Source: Catajapyx aquilonaris (Eukaryota). Taken from it: DNA of 35,604 nucleotides. Under the pieces are notes generated by a model. The model saw only the letters and a list, made by a program, of their open reading frames with translations, had not been told where the DNA came from and made no database searches. The stretch is from the NCBI GenBank assembly GCA_000934665.2, contig JYFJ02000982.1, forward strand, positions 62,001-97,604, in the 5' to 3' direction. Positions 1-11,958 of this stretch are shown piece after piece; positions within the stretch are counted from its first letter, which is position 1, and each line of letters opens with the position of its first letter. Made by a program: the position numbers and the translations under genes.

Positions 1-143
1 TTGCCTTGAAAGACCAGCCTCACAGTTTGATGAGTAAGAATAGTACATGACAAGCGAAACAGTTCTGTAGTCTATGACGTTGAAGCATTGTTATGCATAG
101 AGAGTCTGTATGCCTATAATATTTATTGTTGCGGATATTTCAG

Positions 144-674
144 CCGTGCAATCCAGGTGTATTTTGCCACCAAGTACGGCAAGGACGACTCGCTGTACCC
201 GAATGATGCCAAGAAGCGTGGTATTGTTGAGCAACGGCTCTTCTTTGACATAGGGACACTCGATAAGCGATTGTGGGACGTTTATGTGAGTCAAATCTGT
301 GTGAAAAACACGCTAGTAACACCCGTCGGGGCAAGATATTTAATCAGTAATTGTTATTACAGGGCCCTGTTTTCGAAAAGAAGCCACCCAACAATGATAA
401 GCTCCCCCAAGTGAAGGAAGCCCTGGAGATACTGGATGGCTATTTGTCCAAGACCAAGTGGGCAGCTGGTGACCACATAACTGTCGCTGACCACAGTCTG
501 GTGGCCACCATCAGCTCGTACGATGTTGTGGGTATCGACTTCTCTGCTTACAAGAATGTGACCAAGTGGTACAAGCAGTGCAAAGAGGAGATGACCGGAT
601 ACAAGGAGGCCCATGGAGATGGGGCCGAATTATTCAGAGAGTGGGCCAAACAATTTTTGGCCGGAAACGTGTAA
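144..674 (+). CDS. Delta/Epsilon-class glutathione S-transferase, GST-1 (partial: last two coding exons; 5' exons lie upstream of the window)
   Basis: Exons 144-285 ([39 protein letters not shown]) and 363-674 ([14 protein letters not shown]...YKNVTKWY), with GT-AG intron and AATAAA at 697-702. Confidence 0.93.
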
Positions 675-1362
675 ACGGTGACCTTGCTCCAAGCTGAATA
701 AACATCTCATTGCAGTGGAGTATTTCTTTGAATTTTTTTCCGTAACCTGTGTACTTTCAATAATTTAATGTTGACGATTTTCACGCCTTGATGGCCAAAA
801 GTGAACCGGATATTTTAAAGGTAGAGCTCCTATTTGTGATCGCCAATGTTTCTGTCGCATATTATGGAAACCTGTAACATAATAGACCAAAAAGTTGCTG
901 ACCCGCGTTGACCTCTACGGGCATTTCAATTAAAACACACGCCTGACACACTTAAGGATAAGGCACACAGCAAATATGTGCCACAAAAATAATACCATTA
1001 CGTAATCCGAGATATAGTTACCGCCCACATCACGTAACCACTGGAGAGCTTTGTTTATACAGTATGCGTAAGAGAACTCTTAAAAATGATGTTGAAAGCA
1101 TTTAGCAGCCGCATTTGTTATCAAGCTGTAGAAAGTGAGCAGATCGCTTCATTGCAACTACTGGACAGGTAAGGAGAATTCAATCATATTGGTAGGGTCA
1201 CAAGGGTCACGTTTTATCAAGTGGTTTGTTGTAATCGCATAGATATATCACTGAATATCGCATTTTACACTTGGGTCACGTTTTATTTGTTACGAGTCTT
1301 GGCTCGCATGTAGAAACCGTATATTTCCTTCAGGGGTCGGAAGACTTGAGATAGGTACGACA

Positions 1363-2306
1363 ATGCCCATTGACTTCTACCATGCTTTGGGAAGCCCGCC
1401 TTGCTGCGCGGTGATGTTGACCGCCAAGGCTCTGGGTGTCGAGGTCAACATTAAGAAAATTGATTTCGAGACTAAGGATTACCTGAAGCCAGAATTCGTT
1501 AAGGTAAAATGTCCATGATATATGCACAGAGCATCCAGCGTCTAAATGAGTTGTCCTGCATTAACTGCTCAGTAATTTTCAGTGTCATAAATTGCTAATC
1601 ACTATTATAAACTAATAATAAAACACTTTATTTGTCCTGTCAGATCAACCCTCAGCATACTGTCCCGACCATAGTGGACGACGGATTCGCCTTGGCAGAA
1701 AGGTACGAGTTATACTTTTTAGTAGTTACACTTGCAGCAATGAGATGTCATGATACGAGTATTTCCGAGTATTTCATGTATTTCCAGCCGTGCAATCCAG
1801 GTGTACCTAGTGACCAAGTACGGCAAGGATGACACCCTGTACCCGAACGACGCCAAGAAGCGCGGTATTGTCGAGCACAGACTCAACTTTGACCTGGGCA
1901 CACTGTACCAGCGTTTAATGGACGTCTACGTAAGTACTCTACATGTAATCTAATTAGTAACTAATTCGTGTAAATGATATGTTTTCAGTACCCAGCAATG
2001 TTGTTCGGGGCCAGCACCATCGCCAAGGAGAAGATTCCGAAGCTGACCGAAGCCCTGGAGATACTGGACATCTACCTGTCCCAGACCAAGTGGGCAGCAG
2101 GTGACCACATAACAGTCGCTGACCACAGTCTGGTCGCAAGCCTGGGGGCAATCGACGCCGTGAACTTTGACCTGACTCCGTACAAGAACGTAACCCGTTG
2201 GTACAATCAGTGCCAGGAGAAGATGCCAGGGTACAAGGAGATAAACCAGCATTCGGTCGATGTCTTCCGACAATGGGCCACAACCGCGTTGGCCGGAAAG
2301 ATGTAA
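1363..2306 (+). CDS. Delta/Epsilon-class GST-2 (219 aa)
   Basis: Exons 1363-1503, 1644-1702, 1788-1929, 1989-2306. [14 protein letters not shown]...[23 protein letters not shown] motifs; all introns GT-AG; frame intact. Confidence 0.95.
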
Positions 2307-2803
2307 TTGTCATATAAAGTGACGTCATTCCTGCTTAATAAAACAATACATAATTGCAGCGTACACATGACTTGTTATTTCCACCGAGGCCACAGTCCAT
2401 CACGAAATGTGCTAAGCCCGGCCCATTTATCGTTCCTTGGCGTCTGTTTATTTTTGACACATGTTGCTCGTACCCGGCTTCCTGGCTCCCGAACGGTGGG
2501 CACAGGCAAGTGGCGCTGTCTTGCACACATTGCGCATGGCAGAACTTTCCCCTATAGACTACAAAAACATTGGCCTTGACTCCTCTCTCCCATGTGGCGT
2601 AATCACACATGTTGCTTCTTGCCTCCTCCCCAGTTGGAGTTTGGCCCAAGCTGCGTGAGGTTCATTCATCTGGTGCGTCCAATGTGTGCCTGTTCACTTC
2701 GCACTTATTTGGATAGATATGATCTTCTAATTTGCCCAATTTGCTCAATTTTTAGTGCGTGACACCATCACCTTATTGTAGCTTCAGGAGCAATTGAGCA
2801 ATC

Positions 2804-3742
2804 ATGCCGATTGATTTGTACTACTCTGAAGGCAGCCCTTCCTGTGCTGCTGTTCGTCTGACTGCCAAGGCCCTTGGCGTACAGATGAACATGAACAAGT
2901 TCGAATGGAATTCCGGAGAGAACAAGAAGCCTGAGTACCTCAAGGTAATGCACCGTAATTATAGGCGTTGTTCAGTACGGAAAATTTTACAGATGTTGCT
3001 CTGTAGTCTGTTACTGTGAAAGTAGTGTTGGAGTAAGATATTGGTAGCGATATGGTGATGAATTAATAAATCATCTCACATTTGCAGATCAACCCGCAAC
3101 ACACTGTGCCTGCCATTGTGGATGATGGATTTGCCCTGGCCGAAAGGTAAAATGACGAAGCCATTTTTTAAAATTAATGAGCAGGTGACAGATGCTAATG
3201 TGCATATATTTACAGCCGTGCAATCCAGGTGTACCTTGTGACCAAGTACGGCAAGGACGATACTCTGTACCCAAACGATGCCAAGAAGCGAGGTGTTGTT
3301 GAGCAGCGACTCTACTTTGGCATTGGGACACTCGAGAAGCGCTTGTGGGACGTTTATGTAAGTCAAATTCATGTGTAAAAGAGCCATATACGTACAGTTT
3401 AATATTGGCAGAAATTAATCGCAATTTCAGGGTCAAGTTTTCGAAGGGAAGCCTATCAACAAGGATAAGCTCCCCCAGGTGAAGGAGGCACTGGAGATAC
3501 TGGATGGCTACCTGTCCAAGACCAAGTGGGCAGCAGGTGACCACATAACCGTCGCTGACCACAGTCTGGTGACCAGCCTTGGCTGCTACGAAGCTGTTGG
3601 GTTCGATTTCTCCGGTTACAAGAACGTCACCAAGTGGTATAAGCAGTGCCAGGACAACATGACCGATTACAAGGTATCCCATGGAGACGGCGTGGAGTAC
3701 TTCAAGCAGTGGGTTGCCCAAATGGTGGCCGGAAAGATGTAA
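2804..3742 (+). CDS. Delta/Epsilon-class GST-3 (217 aa)
   Basis: Exons 2804-2944, 3088-3146, 3216-3357, 3431-3742. GSPSC active-site motif, [13 protein letters not shown]. Confidence 0.95.
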
Positions 3743-3951
3743 ATGACACTCTAATTCAAGCTGAATAAAAATGTCATGAAGCATTTGAAAAAGATCCGAT
3801 TATGCGTTATTAATACATAATTGGGTATTTAATTTGTGTTAAAACCTCATTTACAGTATTTCGACATTATTTTATCCAAGGACGTGCAGTACTGGATAAC
3901 TAAAGGTGAGCTTCCTTATCATTGGTTATTGGGTCGTTTTTAAATTTGATT

Positions 3952-4357
3952 CACACACATTGCGCATGGCAGCTTCCGTAACTACAAACCATTGGCCTTG
4001 AATTTTTACCTTGAATCATGTCCCATGTTGCATAATATTAACCAGGTTGGGTCTTGCCTCCACCCCAGTTGCCTTTTGGCTTGAGCTTCCTGAGGTTCAT
4101 TCCTCTGGTACGTCCAAGGCACTTATTTGGATAGCTCTAATTCGTCGAATTAGCTTAATTGTTAGTGTGTGACCAACATTGGCTGTTACGACTCTCTTGG
4201 TCACGACTTCTCCGGTTACAAGAACGTGACCAAGTGGTACAAGCAGTGCCAAGAGGAGATGACAGGATACAAGGAGGTCCATGGAGACGGGGTGGAATAT
4301 TTCAGAGAATGGATCAAGAAAGAAGCAGTAAACGGCCGTCTGTACCAAGCGGAATAA
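3952..4357 (+). pseudogene. GST pseudogene: copy of the GST-3 upstream region fused directly to the 3' half of a last exon
   Basis: 3952-4173 resembles 2524-2763 (cacacattgcgcatggcag...cattggccttga...gcacttatttggatag). 4169-4357 encodes GCYDSLGHDFSGYKNVTKWYKQCQEEMTGYKE..., the end of exon 4. Exons 1-3 are missing. Confidence 0.88.
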
Positions 4358-5157
4358 AAAAAATGTGACAGTGTTATTTGTAGATTCACTTTTTCCATAA
4401 AAAGTCGTTACATTTCCTTCCACACAGCCTGGCCTATCACGTCTTTGAGTGATCTAAGGAATTGTCACAAGGTTTTATTTAGGTGGCTTAATTTGGTGGC
4501 TTACACTGAGCAAAACACAGTATTTTATGTCGCTGAAAGTTTGTCATGCGCACATGAAATACAGCTTGCACTTGTACATCTAAACTTTTGGCCGAATGGC
4601 CGGTACTGTAGATATCACAGTGCCATAGTTTATACTGCACAATAGTACAAACCACGTTTTAAAATGCAAGTACAGAACATCAGTGTACACAGTTTTAATA
4701 TGTTCATAATCATATCAAGTAAAAACAACAGAATTAATTTCTTTATTGTACTTTTCACTTATGAAATACACAGCCAGCTCGCGAAATAATTACGGTATAG
4801 TTCAAATTTTGACCTTGGAGTGCTCCGGTGATAAAGGAACACTTTGGTTATGAAACGTGTGACTTTGTAACCAGCACTTGTAGAAACAATTTGTGATAAG
4901 GAGTTAATGACTCAATGTATAGGTCACGGTGCCCATTTTCTCATTTTTATCGACATTACAGCTCGATAAGTGCTGCAGTGGTTATCAGTAGGCCTACACC
5001 GTACGAATATTACTTGGGGAGTCATTTTTTAAACAATTATTAATAATCTAATAAATTAAAACAAAATAATTATCATAACTACGGTAGCATATCTGCGTTC
5101 ATACGTTTATACTGAATTAAGAGTACAAGTTAGTATTTTCTTGCCAGTCATTAGCCT

Positions 5158-5390
5158 GATACAAGGAGGCCCATGGAGACGGGGTCAAGCAAGTGACAGG
5201 CGGAAATTAGTAAGCGACGCGACGGTCTGTACCAAGCGGAATAAAAAATATCAGTGTTATTTGTAGATTCACTTTTTCCATAAAAAGTCGTTACATTTCC
5301 TTCCACACAGCCTGGCCTATCACGTCCTTGAGCGATTGAAGGAATTGTCACACGAAATTTTTTTTTAGGTGGGTTAATCTAGTGGCTTAC
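5158..5390 (+). pseudogene. Second, more decayed duplicate of the pseudogene 3' end and downstream flank
   Basis: gatacaaggaggcccatggagacggggt...gtctgtaccaagcggaataaaaa...cagtgttatttgtagattcactttttccataaaaagtcgttacatttccttccacacagcctggcctatcacgtc closely matches 4266-4505. Confidence 0.85.
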
Positions 5391-5734
5391 CCTTTCAATC
5401 AACCGTACACTTATGTTTGAAATTGCAACAACAACAACATGACGGGTCATTCGCATTGGCCGGTGAAGTTCAACCCTACCTCAGTGGCGAGGATTCAAGG
5501 CTATTTCCTCCATTAAACACGACGTGACGCAACATTCCCATCATTATTATGTCACGACAGGCCTTTAGAAAACGAGGTAACCTTGAAGAGAATACACGAA
5601 TGGTGCACAGTACTTATTCGCAGTAGTTTCCGCATCGATGTCTGGTGCACGTCATTAGTAGTGAGAGTGGCGCATATTGAACAACAAGTAGTTCACTCGG
5701 GAGCAACTTTAGAAGGTTGTGTTCGGTAACAACC

Positions 5735-6674
5735 ATGACAATTGACTTTTACTACAGGTTGGGTTGCCCGTTCAGTGGCGCCTCCCTGCTCACGGCCAAA
5801 GCTTTAGGACTCCAGCTCAACATGAAGAAGATGGACTGGACCAGCGAGGATAATGTCAAGCCATGGTTCATCAAGGTACTTTACGCAAAAATTGTGTCTG
5901 AAAGTCAGTCCGGCTGATTGCAACCGACAATTGCACAATGTTCAAGTGAATCCGCACCCTGATATTTTTGGGGAGTAAGCAGGCAGAGTTCACATTGTAA
6001 TAATGTTGTTTTATTTTTTATTTTTTTTGCAGATGAATCCACTGCACACTGTTCCCACAATTATGGACGACGGATTCGCCCTGGCAGAGAGGTAAATCTG
6101 CTTGCAAAACATACGTATGCAACTATGTAAGTACAAATATTATTCCAATTTTTCAGCCGTGCAATCATGGTGTACCTAGTGACCAAATACGGAAAAGACG
6201 ACACTCTTTATCCAAACGATGCCAAGAAACGCGGATTGGTCGAGCAGCGGCTCAGTTTTGGTCTAGGAACATTAGAGAAGCGCTTTTGGGACATTTACGT
6301 GAGTTGTACCCACACAATAAATCTGTGCAGCTAAATACAAATTTTATTAATTGCAGACACCAGCATTAGACGGCGAACCTATTGACCAGGATAAGATTCC
6401 CAAGCTGAAGGAGGCTCTGGAAATATTGGACTTGTTTATGTCTCAGAGCAAGTGGTCAGCAGGTGACCACATAACAATCGCTGACCACAGTCTGGCTGGA
6501 ACTATAGGCGCCTTTGATGCTGTAGGATTCGATCTCACTCCTTACAAGAATGTGACCAACTGGTACAAGCAGTGCCAGGACAACATGACAGGATACAAAG
6601 AGGCCAACCAGGATGGAGTCGATTATTTTAAAGAATATGCCAGAAGCGTTCTGGGCGACAAACATGTCATGTGA
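5735..6674 (+). CDS. Delta/Epsilon-class GST-4 (219 aa) with Cys at the catalytic Ser position (CPFS)
   Basis: Exons 5735-5875, 6033-6091, 6157-6298, 6357-6674. [38 protein letters not shown]. Confidence 0.95.
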
Positions 6675-6803
6675 GATGTGAATAAAACAAATTCATTTAT
6701 ATGCTAGAGTATGTAGGTCATTTCATCGGAGGTGGCGCTGGTGTACCGTACCTACTAACCGGTAATATGACCTTGACAATTTCACAGTCGTATCGGGTAC
6801 ACG

Positions 6804-6812
6804 TCAGTCGAC
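6804..6812 (+). promoter_or_regulatory. Putative arthropod initiator (TCAGT) of GST-5; equivalents upstream of GST-6 (8388), GST-8 (10939) and GST-9 (12931)
   Basis: TCAGTCGA/CCAGTCGA recurs about 60-80 nt upstream of the ATG (further upstream in GST-9, which has a probable 5'UTR intron) and matches the TCAKTY Inr consensus. Confidence 0.55.
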
Positions 6813-6862
6813 GTCTAGCACACGTTCTGGCCAGGTGTATCTGACAGACTGAAATTGCAACA

Positions 6863-8002
6863 ATGTCGATCGACCTGTACTACATGTTTGGCAGCCCGAA
6901 TTGCGGGGCAGTCATGTTGACCGGCAAGGCTCTTGGGATAGAGTTCAACATTAAGAAGGTGGACTTTGTCAACAAGGAGCATCACAAGCCGGAGTTTCTC
7001 AAGGTATGGCTGTGTAAACACGGGAGGTCAAGAACGTGACCCGGGTAAAAATGTGGCTCAGGTGTCCAATATTGTTTATCTTATCGGTTACATGTCATGC
7101 TTATCGGTTTGTAAACACTTTCAATGTGCGAATGAACAAAAATAAGCCACATGTGTGGCGTAAAAATTTTAACAATGATTCTTCATTATTATCACTGAAT
7201 TTATAATTTCAGATCAATCCTAGACATTCGCTTCCAACCATTGTTGACGACGGATACGCCTTATCAGAAAGGTATGTTCAGCATGATTTAAAAAATACCT
7301 ACAAATCGTCACAATTATACATTAAAAATTGTGAAATATTTCCTGTCATATGCTGTAAACTAATCTGATATATTTTCAGCCGTGCAATAATGGTTTACCT
7401 GGCCACTAAGTACGGAAAAGACTATTCATTGTACCCAAACGATGCCAAGAAGCGCGGATTGGTCGTGCAGAGACTGAACTTTGGCATATGCACATTGGAA
7501 AAGCGTTTGTACGACGTCTATGTAAGTAATCAGAAATTATTTCTCACACTGATAGTATTCATGATTTTAAAGATTGTTGGCAAAGAGCAACTCAGATTGT
7601 TGATAGGCCTGATTTCGTGGTCAACAATGATGATTTCTGTGTCCATCAAAAATATTTAAAGCGTATAAACCAATACTTTTGCAGAAAGTGAAAGTTTTTG
7701 AGGGAAACCACCAGATCATCAAGGAAAAGATCCCTCAAATGAAGGAAGGTCTGGAGATACTGGACGGCTACCTGTCCCAGACCAAGTGGTCAGCAGGTGA
7801 CCACATAACCATCGCCGACCACAGTCTGATAGCAAGCTGCAGCCTGTACTACGTCTTCGGAGTGGACCTGACCCCTTACAAGAACGTGACCCGCTGGTAC
7901 AAGCAGTGCCAAGAGGAGATGCCAGGGTACAAAGAAGCCCTCGGAGATGGAGTTGACATGTACCGATCATGGGCAGAACCAACATTAGCAAAAATGGGAT
8001 AA
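6863..8002 (+). CDS. Delta/Epsilon-class GST-5 (219 aa)
   Basis: Exons 6863-7003, 7213-7271, 7380-7521, 7685-8002. GSPNC motif; the stop codon overlaps AATAAA. Confidence 0.95.
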
Positions 8003-8200
8003 TAAAACTGTAATAACTCATTACAAATATGACCGTCATTTCTAATGGTTCATATTTCGTGCAATTTCCCGCACCTGATGGTAGCTCATTGTGATCATAA
8101 TTAGAGGTGTATGGAATTTATAGTAACATCCCGACCAAGACGTAAACAGAATGAGTAATGAGTAATGAATGTACTGTACAGCGTCACAGGTTCTAGGCAT

Positions 8201-8211
8201 ATGACCGTGCA
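8201..8211 (+). promoter_or_regulatory. Possible antioxidant response element (CncC/Maf) upstream of GST-6
   Basis: ATGACCGTGCA fits RTGACnnnGC about 250 nt before the ATG; short motif that could arise by chance. Confidence 0.3.
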
Positions 8212-8453
8212 GCTATAGTTTACACTCGGTTTAAGGGCAAATAACTGCTCGTGTAAATAGACTTGTTATAGCTTACATCTGGCTGGCACATGTTTACGTA
8301 ACCGGTATTTGATCCGGCACCAACTCAAGGCCAAACTTTGTTATATCATCTTTCAAAAAAAGCACAGCACTATAGAGAGCGCTAGCCTCAGTCGACGTGT
8401 ACTTCTCGTTGTCTCTATACACATATCCTGGTGCTGTCCAAAGTGTTAGAATA

Positions 8454-9374
8454 ATGCCCATCGACATGTACTACATGATTGGTAGCCCGTATTGCGGGGC
8501 TGCCACGCTAACAGCCAAGGCCCTTGGGATAGAGTTCAACATGAAGAGGCTGGACTGGGATAGCATGGATCATCACAAGCCAGAGTTTCTCAAGGTATGC
8601 ACATGGGCCCAGAAAAGATTGGTACAGTACAAACTGACAACGATCGATAAGCCGATTATTTAGCAATTTAGCAATTCAGTAATTAAAATGTTTTTCTAAG
8701 ACTGTTGAACTCTCTTACAGATCAACCCTAGGCACTCTGTACCAACCATTGTTGACGAAGGATATGCCCTGACTGAAAGGTATGGGGACGAGATTCTCCA
8801 ATAATATTTTAAATGACAACTATTTCCGACCTGACTTCTAGTCGCGCCATTATGGTTTACCTGGTGACCAAGTACGGCAAGGACGATTCGTTGTATCCAA
8901 ACGATGCCAAGAAGCGCGGATTGGTCGAGCAAAGACTTAATTACGGCATTGGCACATTGGAGAAGCGATTGTACGACGTCTATGTAAGTAATACTAATTG
9001 CTGACAACACAACCAACATTCCTGATTGTACTGTCAATGAAATATTACTAACCTGACAGGCACCTGCTTTTGAGGGAAGCGACGCAATCAACAAGGCTAA
9101 GATCCCTCAAATGAAAGAAGCCCTGGAGATACTGGACGGCTACTTGTCCCAGTCCAAGTGGTCAGCAGGTGACCACATAACCATCGCTGACCACAGCCTG
9201 GTCGGAAGCATCAGCATCTACGACGTCTTCGGAGTCGACTTTTCCTCCTACAAGAATGTGACCAATTGGTACAAGCAGTGCCAGAAGGAGATGCCTGGTT
9301 ACAAGGAGGCCCACGGAGACGGAGTGGAGGTGTACCGACAATGGGCTCAGCCTCTTTTGGCAGGCAAAGTGTAA
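8454..9374 (+). CDS. Delta/Epsilon-class GST-6 (218 aa)
   Basis: Exons 8454-8594, 8721-8779, 8842-8983, 9060-9374. GSPYC motif. Confidence 0.95.
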
Positions 9375-9924
9375 AGATTCTGGCCTAATAAACAAAGGAT
9401 TAAACACGGGTATTCAGTACAAGCCAAGCCTTTAAATACAAGTAGTATAATATTAGTATCCACCAATTATTATACCAATTTCCAATAACGATTTTATTCT
9501 GACTATAAGAAGATATTAACGTGGCGTCATATAGTCCAAATAATTTTTTTAATGCCAGGTGGTGACATTGATTCAAAAGATCTATTCACAAAAGGTGGTT
9601 TCACAAGAAAAATGTTATTTTCGCTCCTGACAGGGCTTCTTCATTACTAATGAATATTTTTACGCCCTCTGAGAAGTAACTGACATACAGTGGATAGTGT
9701 CAGTTGAATAAATCTGTAGAAGCAGATTTACTAATAGGGCTGTGCTTTGTACCCTACTTGACCTCTGACGTATTAAGTACACTTGCTATCTGCCATATCT
9801 CCACACCGAAAAATGTAGACTTTGAAATCATCAAGTGAACTACACAGTCTTGAGTCGAATCGAGTGCAGCGAGCTGACCTCAAAACTCAAATCCTATTCA
9901 ATTCAAATCCAGCAACAAGTGACA

Positions 9925-10785
9925 ATGAGCATTGACTTCTACTGCATGTACGGCAGCCCGCCTTGCGCATCGGTCATGCTGACGGCCAAGGCTTTGGGAA
10001 TCGACCTCATCAAGAAGATGATGGACTACAAGGCCGGAGATTTGGATACACCTGAATTTCGAAAGGTACAAACACACCTTCCCAAAATATAAATATGTTA
10101 TACTCATCATGGTGTTATGACAGCTAAATCCGCAACGGATGCTGCCTACCATCCAAGACGATGGGTACGTACTGGCAGAAAGGTGCGTACATTTATAATT
10201 ATGTAATCTACTTTTTTGATCCATATCCATCCTTAGGCGTAATTTAATATTTTGATTCCAGTCGTGCAATCATGGTGTACCTGGTGACTAAGTACGGCAA
10301 GGATGACACTCTGTACCCCAACGATGCCAAGAAGCGGGGATTGGTGGAGCAGAGACTCAACTTTGACCTGGGAACACTCTACAAGCGCCTCTGGGACGTT
10401 TATGTAGGTATTATACCGGATGAAGCAAAAGTCAGATACTGATTTAATTATGTGATATTCTTGGATAAAGCTTCCGGCCTTTCGAGGAGGCAAACCAATC
10501 AACAAGGACAACCTCAGTACGCTGAAGGAAGCTCTGGAGATACTGGACGGCTACCTGTCCCAGACCAAGTGGTCAGCAGGTGACCACGTAACAGTGGCTG
10601 ACCACGCCTTGGTGGCCAGCATAGGTGCCTTCGACGCCCTCGGCTTTGACCTGACCCCATACAAGAACGTGACCCGTTGGTACAAGGACTGCCAGAAGGA
10701 GATGCCAGGATACAAAGAGACCAACCAGGAAACTGTTGACACCCTAGGAAAATATGCCAAAGGTGTGTTGGCTGGAAAGGTGTAA
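9925..10785 (+). CDS. Delta/Epsilon-class GST-7 (218 aa)
   Basis: Exons 9925-10065, 10124-10182, 10262-10403, 10471-10785. GSPPC motif; intron 3 needs an AAG acceptor. Confidence 0.93.
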
Positions 10786-11016
10786 AAATACTAGAATAAA
10801 AGCTACACCTATATCACTCATTCAAGTGCATTTTTCTGCCTCATCATCGCGCAATCTTATCATACATGAGTATATGCAACACTGTACTTTGTTATGTCAT
10901 ATGGAAAGGCAACCTTCAAGTGTGGAGGATTGCAAGCCCCAGTCGATTCTGAACGCTTCATTGAACAGGATCGTCTCTTCTAAATTTTAATAAGCATCAC
11001 CAGGCCACTTGCAACA

Positions 11017-11958
11017 ATGACCATCGACTATTATTACATGATACACAGCCCTCCTTGCGCATCAGTACTTCTGACGGCCAAGGCCCTTGGAGTTGACCTC
11101 AACAAAAAGGTGCTGGCCAGCGGAGATCAGCTGAAGCCTGAATACGTCAAGGTAAGGATAGTCTGTATTTGAGAGACCCTGTTTGAAGTATTACACGAAT
11201 ATTTGAATGACGATGCTTTGGACCTTGTTGGACTAATGTCATGCATATACACAATATATTTTTACGTAACTCCTTTCAGATCAACCCACAACACGCAGTG
11301 CCAGCCATTGTGGACGACGGATATGCTCTGGCAGAAAGGTATAGCAGTTACATTTATTTTTCCTCATTAGCAACAGCTGTAGTGAGTTTTAGCCTTTATA
11401 GTAACTCGTAAAACATGTACGAATCTTGCATGTTTCAGCCGTGCAATCCTGGTGTATCTGGCAACCAAGTACGGCAAGGATGACACCCTGTACCCAAAGG
11501 ACGCCAGGAAACGTGGACTGGTAGAGCACAGACTCAACTTCGACATAGGAACACTGTACCAGCGATTCGTGCAGGTTTATGTGAGTATTTCCATCAAACT
11601 ACAGAGTGTCACAAACCGACTTCTCAACCTTGCTTATTAACAGATGCCTGCATTTCGAGGAGGCGATTCAATCGACGAGGAGAAGCTTCCCAAGCTGAAG
11701 GAAGCCTTCGAGATACTCGACGGATACCTGTCCAAGACCAAGTGGGTAGCAGGTGACCACATAACAGTCGCTGACCACAGTCTGGTGGCCAGCGTCGGAT
11801 CCATGGACGCAGTGAACTATGACCTGTCACCCTTCAAGAACGTAACCCGCTGGTACAAGGACTGTCAGAAGGAGATGCCAGGCTACAAGGAGACCAACCA
11901 GGTCATGATCGTCACTCTGCGAGAGTGGGTCAAAGAGAAGTTCCCTAAAATGCTCTGA
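11017..11958 (+). CDS. Delta/Epsilon-class GST-8 (216 aa)
   Basis: Exons 11017-11151, 11280-11338, 11439-11580, 11644-11958. HSPPC motif; 2-aa deletion in exon 1 shared with GST-9. Confidence 0.95.

Noticed and set aside
3089..3784. 231-aa minus-strand ORF and similar antisense ORFs opposite each GST exon 4
   Set aside because: Shadow ORFs caused by codon bias of the sense GST exons; no recognisable protein motifs.
4169..4357. Alternative last exon for GST-3 (Anopheles GSTD1-style)
   Set aside because: Only the 3' half of exon 4 is present and there is no suitable splice acceptor; a deletion explains it better.
7988..8002. Peroxisomal PTS1 signals at GST C-termini (AKMG, SKMG, GKM)
   Set aside because: None is a canonical terminal [SAC][KRH][LM] tripeptide.
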